Assembly (NCBI GenBank): GCA_965238175.1
Contig: CBDEGZ010000003.1
Coordinates: 1,248,001 to 1,312,000 of the forward strand
DNA length: 64,000 bases
Direction: 5' to 3'
From: Gammaproteobacteria bacterium
GTDB taxonomy: Bacteria; Pseudomonadota; Gammaproteobacteria; CAJXQU01
In this document: positions 1-10,731 of the stretch, in pieces
Position numbering within the stretch: position 1 is the stretch's first letter
Layout: each line of letters begins with the position of its first letter
The notes under the pieces: model-generated
Databases searched by the model: none
Told to the model about the DNA's origin: nothing
The model's input: only the letters and a program-made list of their open reading frames with translations
Translations under genes and position numbers: made by a program

Positions 1-598
1 TTCAATCTTTTCAATCAAAGGTGTGATTTCATTATAAACTTCAATATATGATTTTCTCTCATCGCTAAAATCATTCATTCTGTGCTCGTTTTCCTTAGTT
101 AGTATGGAATCCCAGATCAAATCATCTATTGCAGTGAAAATTTCTTTTAAATCACGGCTTAAAAAAATACGATTATTTTGGATAAAACTATGGAATTCTC
201 TAGCTGATTGTTCTGTAACATTTAACTCATGCCAAAACATAATTTCATAATATGTCTTGTTTATATCAGTAGCATTCTTTAGTTCATCTTTTTGAGAGTC
301 TTTGAAGATACTGCCATTTAGGTGTTCTTCGAGTTGTTTTTTATTTAGTGAATCTAGATTAGGGTAAATACGTGCTGGAGAAATAAAAACTTTTAATTCA
401 TGAATTGCTTTTAGTAGTAGGCCTCAAGCCTCTGGTAGAATCTCTATTTCTTTGTTCGTGTTTATAGGATTCTAATCGTTCAACAAATTTTGCTTCCAAC
501 CATTTAATACCTACCAATTTAAAAATAGCAAAAGCTGAAGTGACTGATAGCCCTACAAGAACTACATACTCACCTATAAATTGGAAAACTTGATCCAT
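1..598 (-). pseudogene. Disrupted hypothetical membrane-anchored protein, runs off the window edge
   Basis: The 66-aa ORF (N-terminal TM) shifts frame near 450. The other frame reads EIEILPEA*GLLLKAIHELKVFISPARIYPNLD... open to position 1, with an in-frame TGA where Trp is plausible. Confidence 0.55.
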
Positions 599-646
599 AT
601 TCTTCTTGTTCCCTTACTTCTTTTTTCATAAGTAAATAAATTAGAT

Positions 647-1477
647 TTAATCAACAAACCGCATAGAAAGATCGACAGCCTTAACATGTTTGGTTAATGC
701 TCCAACCGAAATATAATCAACACCTGTTTCTGCAGCAGCACGTAGGCTTTCTTTATCATAACCACCAGAAGCTTCGAGTTTTGATCGACCGTTTGTAAAT
801 TCTACTGCTTCGCACATTTTGTCATTTGTGAAATTATCTAGCATGATAATGTCGGTTCCAGCTTCTATGGCTTCGTTTAATTGATCCATATTTTCGACTT
901 CAACTTCTACAGGAATTTCGGGGTATCTTTTTTTCGCTTCGACAACAGCAGCTGTGATTGATCCAGCAGCATCAATATGATTTTCTTTTAATAAAATTCC
1001 GTCGTATAAACCGATGCGATGGTTTTTTCCGCCGCCCGTTTTAACTGCATATTTTTGTGCATCTCGGAGTCCGGGAATGGTTTTTCGTGTATCAAGTAAT
1101 TTGGTTTTTGTGCCTTTTAAAACTTCTACGTAATTATGAGCAGCAGTTGCAGTTGCGGACAAAGTTTGCAAAAAGTTGAGAGCTGTTCGTTCGCCGGTAA
1201 GAATCGGCTTTGTTAATCCTTCCAGATTACAAAGTTCTTGATTTGCTTCCGCCATTTCTCCATCTTTAACTAACCATGAAACTTTGATATTTTCATCGAG
1301 TTGTTTGAATACACTATTGAACCAGGGAATTCCACAAATGATCGCTTTCTCACGAGTGATTACGCGTGTTTTTGATCTGGAATCATCGGGTAATAAACTG
1401 GCTGTCAGGTCGCCGCCTTGAATGTCTTCTGCTAATGCTTGCTGAACAACTTCATCAACTGTGTTTAAAAGGTGCAT
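647..1477 (-). CDS. nadC: Nicotinate-nucleotide diphosphorylase (quinolinate phosphoribosyltransferase)
   Basis: Motifs ERTALNFLQ, LLDTRKT, NHRIGLYD, LKENH, EVEVE, MLDN, EASGG, DYISVGALT. Confidence 0.97.
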   Translation of the reverse strand: MHLLNTVDEVVQQALAEDIQGGDLTASLLPDDSRSKTRVITREKAIICGIPWFNSVFKQLDENIKVSWLVKDGEMAEANQELCNLEGLTKPILTGERTALNFLQTLSATATAAHNYVEVLKGTKTKLLDTRKTIPGLRDAQKYAVKTGGGKNHRIGLYDGILLKENHIDAAGSITAAVVEAKKRYPEIPVEVEVENMDQLNEAIEAGTDIIMLDNFTNDKMCEAVEFTNGRSKLEASGGYDKESLRAAAETGVDYISVGALTKHVKAVDLSMRFVD

Positions 1478-1519
1478 ATTTAATTTCTCAATTATCTTTT
1501 GTCTTTTTGGATTTAATTT

Positions 1520-2626
1520 TTAGTTTGGAATCTGTTGATTATTTATAAATTGATCCGGGTTTATATGTAGCGTTGATGTTGGAAAAGCAGTCTCAGCGCC
1601 ATGACTTTCAATCACCGCCAAGACTTTTAGAAGTACGTCCTGCTTAATTTCGTGAAAGCGGATCCAGTTGGTTGTTTTCGTAAACGTGTAAATAAAAAAA
1701 TCTAACGAAGAGGGTGCAAAGGAATTGAAATTTACGATCAACGTTTGACCGGTGTCGATCTCTTCGTGTTCTTTAAGCATAGTTTTTACATCGGCAATAA
1801 TGTCATCCATTTTGTTGGCATCATCATAACGAATTCCTATGGTTTCTTTGATCCGACGATTGGTCATTCTGGAAGGGTTTTCCACTGAGATATTCGCGAA
1901 TATTGCATTCGGTACATAAAGTGGCCGTTTATCAAAAGTGCGGATTATTGTCAGTCTCCAACCAATTTCTTCGACAGTGCCTTCTATTTCCCGATCAGGT
2001 GAACGGATCCAGTCACCGACATTAAATGGGCGATCCAGATAGATCATCAAACCTCCAAAGAAATTGGATAATAGATCTTTAGCAGCAAAACCAATTGCTA
2101 TACCACTAATCCCTCCAAAAGCGAGCAGGCCAGAAACAGTAAAGCCTAGTGTTTGTGCGATGATGATCGCACTGATGATCAGGGTGGTGAGTTTTAATAA
2201 CTTAGAGATGGCATCAAGTGTTGTACGATCAAATGGTACACCTTTCAATTGATGTTTTTCAATAATATTATTTGTACTAATCCGAATAAAACGTACCAGA
2301 AACCAGGCAACCAGTAGGATGATCGAGACTGTGCGAAATGGTTTAATATTTTCAATGAGAGTATGGCCGGTTTGAATCTGCATGATTTTTAAGACGAAGA
2401 TTAGACCTACTAACCAGAAGAAAATGACGAGTGGTTTTCGAAAGGCTTCGACGAAGGCATGATCCCAATGGGTGCCGGTTGTTTTAAGTTTGGCGTGGAG
2501 GCGCTCAAGGAATTTATATTCAATAAATGTGGCTATTAGAATAAGAAAAATAACAATAGCGATTTGAGCGGCCCAATGGCCTTCACTGTAAAAAGTGATG
2601 AGCTGATTTAACAGGTTTTGTAACAT
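1520..2626 (-). CDS. Small-conductance mechanosensitive channel, MscS/YnaI family
   Basis: N-terminal TMs; GGISGIAIGFAAKD, RPFNVGDWI, GTVEEIGWRLT, YVPN motifs. Confidence 0.92.
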   Translation of the reverse strand: MLQNLLNQLITFYSEGHWAAQIAIVIFLILIATFIEYKFLERLHAKLKTTGTHWDHAFVEAFRKPLVIFFWLVGLIFVLKIMQIQTGHTLIENIKPFRTVSIILLVAWFLVRFIRISTNNIIEKHQLKGVPFDRTTLDAISKLLKLTTLIISAIIIAQTLGFTVSGLLAFGGISGIAIGFAAKDLLSNFFGGLMIYLDRPFNVGDWIRSPDREIEGTVEEIGWRLTIIRTFDKRPLYVPNAIFANISVENPSRMTNRRIKETIGIRYDDANKMDDIIADVKTMLKEHEEIDTGQTLIVNFNSFAPSSLDFFIYTFTKTTNWIRFHEIKQDVLLKVLAVIESHGAETAFPTSTLHINPDQFINNQQIPN

Positions 2627-2674
2627 GATTTTTCCTTAATGCTTAAATCTAAATAATCAAGAAAACAACTTGAT

Positions 2675-3607
2675 TTAAAAAATGGGCTCGATGGTGAAAC
2701 CTTGTTCTTCAAGCAAGCCGAGAATGCCTTCTTCACCAGGTAAGTGCAGCGCGCCAACTGCAATAAAAGCATTGCCTTCGATAAGACGTATTTGCATACG
2801 ATCGGCCATTTTTATATTTCTTTTAGTGATCAGATTATCCATCAAGTCATCGTATTGACCTTCCTCATTGGGTTCGTACTTTTCAGCCATGAAGGCGAGT
2901 CCGGCGAGATCCTTTTTGAGATATAGATCTTTCATTTCTAAAACATCTTTTTGGAACACTCTGTAATTACAGACGGTTTCTTTTAGAAGTTGTTTTTGTT
3001 CTTTATCTGGCATGCTATCAAAAATGCCAAGTTGTTCATCTAAAGTTTCAAGACCATGAATTTCAGCGCCGAATTTTTTGCCACGATTAAAGATCACCAT
3101 ATCTAAGGGTAGTCCGCCTTTTGAAGGTGGCATACTCAATGCCAGATAAGCGGACCAGGGTTTTAGCGAGCTTGCAAGTTCATCGGTAAAACCATAATTT
3201 TTTAGCAAGAACAGTGTGTCCTGGTATAGATCGCTTCCTACTTTTCCTTTAAGCGTTGTGCCATCAGAATAGTTCATTGTTTTCGAAATGTTTTGGAATA
3301 ATTCGGGATCGAATTTAACTTCAAGTGTGACACTGAGGGCGTTGTCCAACGCATCTAAAACAGGAAGAGGCAGTGTGGTGATTTCTTTGTCAGGTAAATG
3401 CATGGTGCCATAGAGGTAACTGGGCTGGAGTCCTATTCGGCTGATTTTCCAAAGTAATCCTTTTGCATGACGATCTGGTACGGTTTGTTTTTTTTCTGCA
3501 AGTACCAATGGTTCACAGGCTATTTCAGCTTGAACCGTCCCAATGAAAATAAAGTTGAACGATAGAAGTAGTGTTGTTGTGAAAATAAGAAATTTATTCA
3601 TAGTCAT
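2675..3607 (-). CDS. TraB/GumN family protein
   Basis: Signal peptide; LLWKI..PSYLYGTMH, GLET..EQ, RN..M and AVGALHLPG motifs. Confidence 0.9.
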   Translation of the reverse strand: MTMNKFLIFTTTLLLSFNFIFIGTVQAEIACEPLVLAEKKQTVPDRHAKGLLWKISRIGLQPSYLYGTMHLPDKEITTLPLPVLDALDNALSVTLEVKFDPELFQNISKTMNYSDGTTLKGKVGSDLYQDTLFLLKNYGFTDELASSLKPWSAYLALSMPPSKGGLPLDMVIFNRGKKFGAEIHGLETLDEQLGIFDSMPDKEQKQLLKETVCNYRVFQKDVLEMKDLYLKKDLAGLAFMAEKYEPNEEGQYDDLMDNLITKRNIKMADRMQIRLIEGNAFIAVGALHLPGEEGILGLLEEQGFTIEPIF

Positions 3608-3624
3608 TTGTATTATTTAGGTCA

Positions 3625-4680
3625 TTATAAAATTTTATCGTCACCAATATCGAGTTCTTGATCTGGACAAAGTTGATTGAGTTTTTTCACACGGTTTTTC
3701 CAATCTTTATCTGCAGATAATTGCTCTCGAGTAATCGCGTTTAGACCATGCATTCTGATCAACCTTATTTGTGAGACAGGATTGCTATATTGACCAAAAT
3801 GATCAAGCACCTGGATTACACCTTCTTGATCATTACAGATCAATACCATATCGCAACCAGCATCTAGCGCGGTTCGAGTTCTGGCAATAAAATCTCCACC
3901 GACCGCTGCGCCAGCCATACTCATGTCGTCAGAAAATAAGGCACCTTGAAAGTTCATTTTTTTGCGTAAGATTTCTTGTAACCAAACGGCCGAAAATCCA
4001 GCGGGTATTTCATCCACTTGTGGATAAATCACATGAGCTGGCATGATAGCTTCCAATCCATTATTGATCATCTTTTGGAATGGGATTAGATCACGTTTTT
4101 CTATCTCGTCTAAAGGACGATCATCAACAGGAATTTCATGATGAGAGTCTTCTGCGATGGATCCATGCCCGGGAAAATGTTTGCCAACTGCTGACATGCC
4201 CGCAGTTTTCATTCCACGACGATAGGCAAAAGCCAGTGTTGCGATAATATCGGGTTTTTTATGGAAGGCGCGATCATTAATTACCCGGCTGATGCCACCA
4301 AGATCGAGGATTGGTGCAAAGCTGATATCGACTCCAACTGTGCGTAATTCAGAGGCCATTACCCAACCCATGTCGTAGGCAAGATCTAACGCTTTTTCAG
4401 AATCTTGATCGTAGGCTTTGCCGAGTTCTGCACAGGCTGGCAGGCGGGTGAATTCTTTACGGAAGCGTTGTACGGCACCACCTTCGTGATCAACTGAGAT
4501 CAGCAAATGTGTGTGACTATTTTTTTGGATACTTTTGATCAGTTCAGAGATCTGATCGGCAGATTCGTAATTTCGAGTAAATAAAATGACACCACCCACC
4601 AGTGGATGTTGCAGCACTTCTTTCTCTTCTTCGGTTAATGCTAAACCGAGAACATCGATCATTAATGGGCCTAATGTCAT
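3625..4680 (-). CDS. nagZ: Beta-N-acetylhexosaminidase (GH3)
   Basis: GGVILFTRN, VDHEGG.VQR, KHFPGHG..DSH, MPAHV, SDDMSM motifs. Confidence 0.96.
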   Translation of the reverse strand: MTLGPLMIDVLGLALTEEEKEVLQHPLVGGVILFTRNYESADQISELIKSIQKNSHTHLLISVDHEGGAVQRFRKEFTRLPACAELGKAYDQDSEKALDLAYDMGWVMASELRTVGVDISFAPILDLGGISRVINDRAFHKKPDIIATLAFAYRRGMKTAGMSAVGKHFPGHGSIAEDSHHEIPVDDRPLDEIEKRDLIPFQKMINNGLEAIMPAHVIYPQVDEIPAGFSAVWLQEILRKKMNFQGALFSDDMSMAGAAVGGDFIARTRTALDAGCDMVLICNDQEGVIQVLDHFGQYSNPVSQIRLIRMHGLNAITREQLSADKDWKNRVKKLNQLCPDQELDIGDDKIL

Positions 4681-5222
4681 GACGCCTTAATATCCATCCA
4701 GTTGCGTAATTTATCGCCAATCATATTGACTGACAATACGACGAGACACAAGGTTAAACCAGATGCAATGATGATGTGTGGGGCGACGAGCATATAGCGG
4801 GTACCATCACGGATCATTGTTTGCCATGAGGCGGTTTCTGCGATAATCACTCCGGTAATTCCAAATGTCGTTTCTACGATCACGGGCGCCATAATCAGTG
4901 GCAAAATGTGTTTTCTCAGCGTTGTATGAGTTGGTGTTGCTAATGTTTTTGCGGCTTGAATATGTTCGTGGTTTTTTATGCTAAGTGTCTGTGCCCGTGT
5001 TAGTCGGGAAAATTCAACCCAGCCAAGGCCGATTAGCGCGATAATAATATTATTGATTCTGGGACTTAAAATTCCTGCTAGAGCAATGGCAAGGAGAATG
5101 TCAACTAACGTTACTTCGACGAGATCGCCGGGGCTTAAATGCAATAGAAAAAACACTATGCAGATCACACCGGTCATTACGAACAGTGCACTTGCGGGTT
5201 TGATGAAGATGAAACGAAGCAT
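4677..5222 (-). pseudogene. Deletion-fused remnant of peptide ABC permeases (DppB N-terminus + DppC C-terminus)
   Basis: MLRFI...FFLLHLSPGD resembles a DppB start. ILLAIALAG...W...RLTRAQTL...KHILP...WQTMIRDG...NMIGDKLR resembles DppC but lacks the LSFLGLG segment. Confidence 0.7.
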
Positions 5223-5299
5223 AGTTAGAATTATCACTATAAATCCACCAATCAGCAAAACCATCGTTAATTTATTGAGCTAAGCTTTGGTGAGATAGC

Positions 5300-5911
5300 G
5301 TGTTTCAAGGTATTATGTCGTCAATAATGATCGATCTCCACCTGGAAGAAAATCGCATGGCACAATTTCAATTTGAACCTGATGACAGAGATGATATTAG
5401 ATCGGATAGACCCGTCAGGCAGGAACAACATAGTATGAGAGAACAAAAAAGTATGCTATCTAAAGCAAACAGTTTCATGTCATTTTTTGTACGTTTAATG
5501 GGGCTTTTTACGTTACTTGCTGGGCTTTGGGTTGGTGTGATAGTTATTACGGAAGTTTTGGGGCTTTACAAAGGGCCACATAGTATTGAGCGGTTTGCAG
5601 ACGCGATAGATAAAGGATCAAATCTTGATAAGGTTCTCGCTTCTTTTTCATCGAAAAAAAGTAAAAGAGTAAAACGTCGCGAAGGTCTTATTGATGAACC
5701 TGAAGTCACAACAACTAAAAATGATGATGCACTGCGTGTTTCGTATTTTTTGGCTTGGATAATTGCTATCTTTTTGCTAATGCTGATTGGGCGGCTAGCA
5801 ATATTAGCGATAAAAACCGGAGGCGAGTTAGCGCTTTATGATCTTCAGGTTAAAAAGTTTGCAAGACAACTGGTGGCAGAAGTGCGTGAGCCCGATAAGC
5901 GTCACAAATGA
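5300..5911 (+). CDS. Hypothetical two-TM membrane protein (start may be ATG 5357)
   Basis: 203-aa ORF with two hydrophobic helices; no family recognised. Confidence 0.7.
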   Translation: MFQGIMSSIMIDLHLEENRMAQFQFEPDDRDDIRSDRPVRQEQHSMREQKSMLSKANSFMSFFVRLMGLFTLLAGLWVGVIVITEVLGLYKGPHSIERFADAIDKGSNLDKVLASFSSKKSKRVKRREGLIDEPEVTTTKNDDALRVSYFLAWIIAIFLLMLIGRLAILAIKTGGELALYDLQVKKFARQLVAEVREPDKRHK

Positions 5912-6019
5912 ACATAATCGATACAGTTCAGTATAGAAGATGAATGGAATTTTTAGCTAATTCAATAGCTTTTTTTATTTCAACAAGTAATTTCATAATT
6001 AATTAGCGATGGTTTAAAC

Positions 6020-6583
6020 GTGGAACAATTTCGAGGGACAACAATTTTATCAGTTCGGCGTAATGGCCAAGTTGTGATTGGTGGTGATGGTCAAGTCACA
6101 CTAGGTGATACTGTACTTAAGGGCAATGCACGAAAAGTCAGACGACTTAAGTGCGAAAGTAATGAAGTGCTGGCCGGGTTTGCTGGTGGGACAGCAGATG
6201 CATTTACTTTGTTTGAACGGATAGAGGCGAAGTTACAAAAACATCAGGGGAATTTATTACGTTCCGCAGTAGAACTGGCTAAAGACTGGCGATCTGATCG
6301 TGCGTTAAGAAAACTCGAAGCATTATTGATCGTGGCGGATAAAGAGACTTCTTTAATTGTATCTGGCAATGGCGATGTTATTGATCCTGAAGAAATTGAC
6401 AATGGATTGCTGGCGATTGGTTCCGGCGGTTCCTTTGCAAAATCTGCTGCAAAAGCATTATTGGAAAATACTGATTTGGATGCTCGCACCATCGTCGAAA
6501 AATCTCTGCATATAGCAGCTGATATTTGCATTTATACCAACCCGAATCTCGTCATCGAAGAGCTGGATGTCAAAAAAACATGA
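6020..6583 (+). CDS. hslV: ATP-dependent protease subunit HslV
   Basis: [37 protein letters not shown]. Confidence 0.98.
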   Translation: MEQFRGTTILSVRRNGQVVIGGDGQVTLGDTVLKGNARKVRRLKCESNEVLAGFAGGTADAFTLFERIEAKLQKHQGNLLRSAVELAKDWRSDRALRKLEALLIVADKETSLIVSGNGDVIDPEEIDNGLLAIGSGGSFAKSAAKALLENTDLDARTIVEKSLHIAADICIYTNPNLVIEELDVKKT

Positions 6584-7929
6584 CAAAAATTACGTCACAC
6601 AAAGAATTTACACCAAAGCAAATTGTTACAGAGCTTGATAAACATATCGTCGGTCAAAATGTCGCAAAACGTGCGGTTGCCGTTGCGTTAAGAAATCGCT
6701 GGCGTCGAGCACAAGTAGAGCCGCAGCTGCGGGCTGAAATCACGCCTAAAAATATTTTAATGATCGGGCCGACAGGTGTTGGTAAAACCGAAATTGCACG
6801 ACGGCTGGCAAAATTAGCTAATTCTCCATTCATTAAAATTGAAGCAACAAAATTTACTGAAGTCGGTTATGTTGGTAGAGATGTCGAGTCGATTATTCGT
6901 GATCTGGCCGATATTGCAGTGAAGATGAATCGTGAAGCCGAGATGGCAAAGGTTGAGCGTAAGGCTGAGGATGCGGTCGAAGAACGCATTTTGGATATAT
7001 TGCTTCCGAAGGCCAGAACCTTTGGTGAAGAGCAATCTGATGAACTTGAAGAGTCGGGCACTCGTCAGACATTTAGAAAAATGTTACGTGAAGGTACGTT
7101 GGATGATAAAGAGATTGAAATTGAAGTGAGTGCAGCTCCGATGGGTGTGGAGATCATGGCGCCACCGGGCATGGAAGAAATGACCAATCAGCTGCAAGGT
7201 ATGTTTCAGAACATGGGTAATAATCGTACTAATGAGCGTAAGGTTAAAGTTAAGGAAGCGGTGAAATTATTGCTCGAAGAAGAAGCGGCAAAATTGATTA
7301 ATGAAGAGGAAATAAAATCTACGGCTGTGGAATCCGTCGAGCAAAATGGGATTGTTTTCCTCGATGAATTGGACAAGGTGGCACAACGATCTGATCGAGG
7401 TGGTGGTGCAGACGTATCGCGCGAAGGTGTACAACGTGATCTTCTCCCATTAGTTGAAGGTTCTACGGTTTCAACTAAATATGGCATGGTCAAAACGGAT
7501 CATATTTTGTTTATTGCTTCCGGTGCATTCCATTTGTCTAAGCCTTCAGATCTGATCCCGGAATTGCAAGGACGGCTTCCAAATCGAGTTGAATTAGAAG
7601 CTCTAAGTAGTAACGATTTCGTTAGAATTCTAACTGAGCCAGACGCGTCGCTCACAGAACAGTATCAGGCATTAATGGCCACTGAAGGTGTTGATCTAAC
7701 GTTTGCAGAAACAGGTGTTAATCGTATTGCAGAGATTGCTTGGCAAGTAAACCAGGATAATGAGAATATTGGAGCTCGTCGGTTACATACTGTGATGGAA
7801 AGGTTGCTGGAAGACATTTCTTTTCAAGCGGATGGGGAATCGAAGACCGTTGAGATAGATGCAGAATATGTTGATAAGCAACTAGGTGAACTTGCTCAAG
7901 ATGAGGATATGGCGAAGTATATTCTTTAA
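6580..7929 (+). CDS. hslU: ATP-dependent protease ATPase subunit HslU
   Basis: ATG 6580 overlaps the hslV stop (ATGA); [36 protein letters not shown]. Confidence 0.98.
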   Translation: MTKITSHKEFTPKQIVTELDKHIVGQNVAKRAVAVALRNRWRRAQVEPQLRAEITPKNILMIGPTGVGKTEIARRLAKLANSPFIKIEATKFTEVGYVGRDVESIIRDLADIAVKMNREAEMAKVERKAEDAVEERILDILLPKARTFGEEQSDELEESGTRQTFRKMLREGTLDDKEIEIEVSAAPMGVEIMAPPGMEEMTNQLQGMFQNMGNNRTNERKVKVKEAVKLLLEEEAAKLINEEEIKSTAVESVEQNGIVFLDELDKVAQRSDRGGGADVSREGVQRDLLPLVEGSTVSTKYGMVKTDHILFIASGAFHLSKPSDLIPELQGRLPNRVELEALSSNDFVRILTEPDASLTEQYQALMATEGVDLTFAETGVNRIAEIAWQVNQDNENIGARRLHTVMERLLEDISFQADGESKTVEIDAEYVDKQLGELAQDEDMAKYIL

Positions 7930-8094
7930 GTTATTGGATCAGGTTTTGTGCGTGTTGAGGAGTGAATTAACCCTCGTTCATCAATCGAAAATAAGGCATC
8001 TTGAAGGTTGATAGAGACAGTATGTTTGAATAAGGGAAGTTATTACATAGAAAACTTGATATTCTCGTTCAACAGCTAGCTTATTTTTATACCT

Positions 8095-8344
8095 AAAAAA
8101 AGTAGTTGTACGTTTTACGAATTCTGATAATGTTCATTTCTATGTTGTAGGACAGACAGGCTTCATCAGAGATGATGTTAGAAAATCTTTTCAACTGCCC
8201 GAACAGGTAAATAATTCAGGGTTTGAACTTGTTACAAACATGCAAGGTATTCCCTTAGGAAAATATACTTTAGTCCTCATAGTTCAGTATGAGAAGGCTT
8301 CTTATATTTGTGATAATGGTCGTAACATTTTAATAATGACATAA
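8095..8344 (+). pseudogene. 5'-truncated remnant with an Ig-like R-x-DV...SGF domain of surface-glycan-associated proteins
   Basis: Open frame KVVVRF...GFIRDDVRKSF...NSGFELVTNMQGIPLGKYTL...* with no start at its 5' end, directly upstream of a GT2 gene. Confidence 0.4.
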
Positions 8345-8384
8345 CATTGAGCCTTCATAAAAAAATGTCAGCTTTTTTATACTT

Positions 8385-9344
8385 ATGCTAGCGGATGTAA
8401 CCGTTATCATTGTTACTTGGAACAGTCAGGACCAAATTAAGACGTGTTTACAGCACCTTTCTGATCAAACGGTGCAACCACATTGTGTGATAGTGGTTGA
8501 TAATGATAGCACTGATAGTTCTGCGAGCATCGTTGAAGAATTTGAAAATGTCGATTTGAAACGTATGGATTCAAACCTGGGTTTTGCAGCAGGTAATAAT
8601 ATTGCTCTAGAGCAATGCGATACGGAGTGGGTCGCCTTGTTAAACCCTGATGCTTTCCCTGAGCCACAATGGCTTGAGGCTTTATTGGCCGCCGCGACCA
8701 AGAACCCAGACATTATTGCCTTTGGTTCACGTCAATTGTGCCATGATAATCATACGGTGATAGATGGCATAGGCGATTTATTGCATTTAAGTGGTGCCGC
8801 TTGGCGTTGTAATCACGGTGAACAACAACAGGAGGATGATCTCCTTTATAAGGAAATATTTTCACCTTGTGCGGCTGCGGCACTTTACCAGCGACAAGCT
8901 ATTAGTGAAGTCGGTGGTTTTGATGAAGATTTTTTTTGTTACATGGAAGATGTCGATCTTGGGTTTCGTTTGCATCTTGCTGGTTATAGAATTGCTTATG
9001 TACCAGATGCAGTCGTTCACCATGTTGGTTCAGCATCTACTGGAGGAAGGCGTAGCGAATTTTCAGTGTATCACGGCCATCGAAATCTAGTCTGGACCTT
9101 TGTAAAGAATATGCCGGGAATATTATTCTGGCTATTATTACCTATCCACTTATTACTAAATATAGTCACAACTATTTGGTTTATATCACAAGGGAAAGGC
9201 AAAGTGATTTTGCGTTCCAAATGGGACGCTATCAAAGGTATTCCCCATATATGGGCAAAGCGTAAGCATATCCAGAGTAATAGTAAAGCGACTACTGGTG
9301 AAATTTGGCGGGTGTTAGATAAGCGCTTTTTTATGAAGCTTTGA
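8385..9344 (+). CDS. Glycosyltransferase family 2 (WbbL/rhamnosyltransferase-like)
   Basis: VIIVTWNS, VVDNDSTD, NLGFAAGNN, LLNPD, GGFDEDFFCYMEDVDL. Confidence 0.92.
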   Translation: MLADVTVIIVTWNSQDQIKTCLQHLSDQTVQPHCVIVVDNDSTDSSASIVEEFENVDLKRMDSNLGFAAGNNIALEQCDTEWVALLNPDAFPEPQWLEALLAAATKNPDIIAFGSRQLCHDNHTVIDGIGDLLHLSGAAWRCNHGEQQQEDDLLYKEIFSPCAAAALYQRQAISEVGGFDEDFFCYMEDVDLGFRLHLAGYRIAYVPDAVVHHVGSASTGGRRSEFSVYHGHRNLVWTFVKNMPGILFWLLLPIHLLLNIVTTIWFISQGKGKVILRSKWDAIKGIPHIWAKRKHIQSNSKATTGEIWRVLDKRFFMKL

Positions 9345-9632
9345 TGTTTATTGTATTTTGAGTTTAAAAACGAGTCGCCGAAGTTTTTATTGTTATGCGG
9401 CTTTAGTGAAGTACATTTGTATATCAATTAACTCAGATCATTATCACTAATAGGCCTGTTTTTTATATGAGAACGGCCAGGTTATTGTAAAACAGCATAA
9501 CTTTGAGCAATCAGCTTATCCGAACATTAGATCAAATTAATTTCTGAAGTTCACAAATATTGAGCCTATGCGTTCAGATAAGAAGATTTGAGGATAAGGT
9601 GGGCTTTTATAATTCGACGTTAGCCAGGTCGT

Positions 9633-10574
9633 TTATAAAGGATATGTCGGTTTATGTTCGCTGCGGTATTGTCTTGGTGAGCGCCCAAAGAAATGAGTGA
9701 AACGCCGACTAAAATGACTGAGGTCATTAAAGCCAACATCATAGCAAGTCTCGGTGACTGTTTTGCCTTTCTTCAGGTTATCTGCCGCAGATTTTAAGCG
9801 TCTTTGCTGTTGGTATTCGCCAGGTGAACAACCTAATTGTTTTTTGAATTCAACGTAGAGTCGGCTACGGCTCATGCAAGCCTTGCGGCAGAGCTGTTCA
9901 ATATCAAGAGGTAAAGCTATATTTTGTTCGATAAAATGTATCGTGGCGATTAATCCAGATGAGTCTGGTGCGCGATTGCAATAACTTAACAACACATCAC
10001 GACCTTGTTCTCTTAACAGTTTCGTGATGAGTTCTGAAATACCAAGATCTACCATAATTTCTTTATCTGGGTGATTCTCAGTAAATAAGGAGACCAACCT
10101 TTCCAGCAAACGTTGTGTGTCAGCCGTATGATTGCTGTGGATGATCTGTGGTTGATATTGCCAGTCATGATCAAGTTCATTTAAAGGCGTTAGATCGCGC
10201 ATACGCTCAGAAATTGTTTCGATACGTTCTTTTGGAATTTCGATGGTTAAACAAGTGGTTGGTTGTGTTTCTCTAGCTTCTGGAAAATCTATTTCGACAT
10301 GACCTCCTGGTGGCATTACATAAGATTCGTGCGGTAAAAAAACCTCTCCCTGTTTATTGTTAAAGTCATGCATGACTTTTTTACCTTGTACCATACCGCA
10401 ATACATTAATTGGTCGGCATCAAGCCCGACACCCGAAGCGGCGCGATAAGTATCATAGATACTCAACTCGGAATCAGGTCCGATAAAGGTTAGTTTGTTT
10501 TCAACTAATAACTGCCGATTTTCTCGTCGTTTTTCTATAGAGCTGTGTTCTATATGCATACTGTCTAATCTCAA
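9633..10574 (-). CDS. AraC family transcriptional regulator, divergent from aldehyde dehydrogenase
   Basis: N-terminal LVEN..F...ELSIYDT sensor; C-terminal double HTH (ACMSRSRLY...GFNDLSHFSRRF). Confidence 0.9.
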   Translation of the reverse strand: MRLDSMHIEHSSIEKRRENRQLLVENKLTFIGPDSELSIYDTYRAASGVGLDADQLMYCGMVQGKKVMHDFNNKQGEVFLPHESYVMPPGGHVEIDFPEARETQPTTCLTIEIPKERIETISERMRDLTPLNELDHDWQYQPQIIHSNHTADTQRLLERLVSLFTENHPDKEIMVDLGISELITKLLREQGRDVLLSYCNRAPDSSGLIATIHFIEQNIALPLDIEQLCRKACMSRSRLYVEFKKQLGCSPGEYQQQRRLKSAADNLKKGKTVTETCYDVGFNDLSHFSRRFTHFFGRSPRQYRSEHKPTYPL

Positions 10575-10731
10575 GTACAGTTGAGTACAATTTTTAGACC
10601 GAACAGGATTCTAAGTCAAGTTTTTTAGACTGAAAACAAAGCAATATACGTATAAATCGCATTAATCTTAAAGTTTACATACATTAGACTTTACAAACCT
10701 TAATCTATAACTACAAAAAGAGAGAAAGCTT

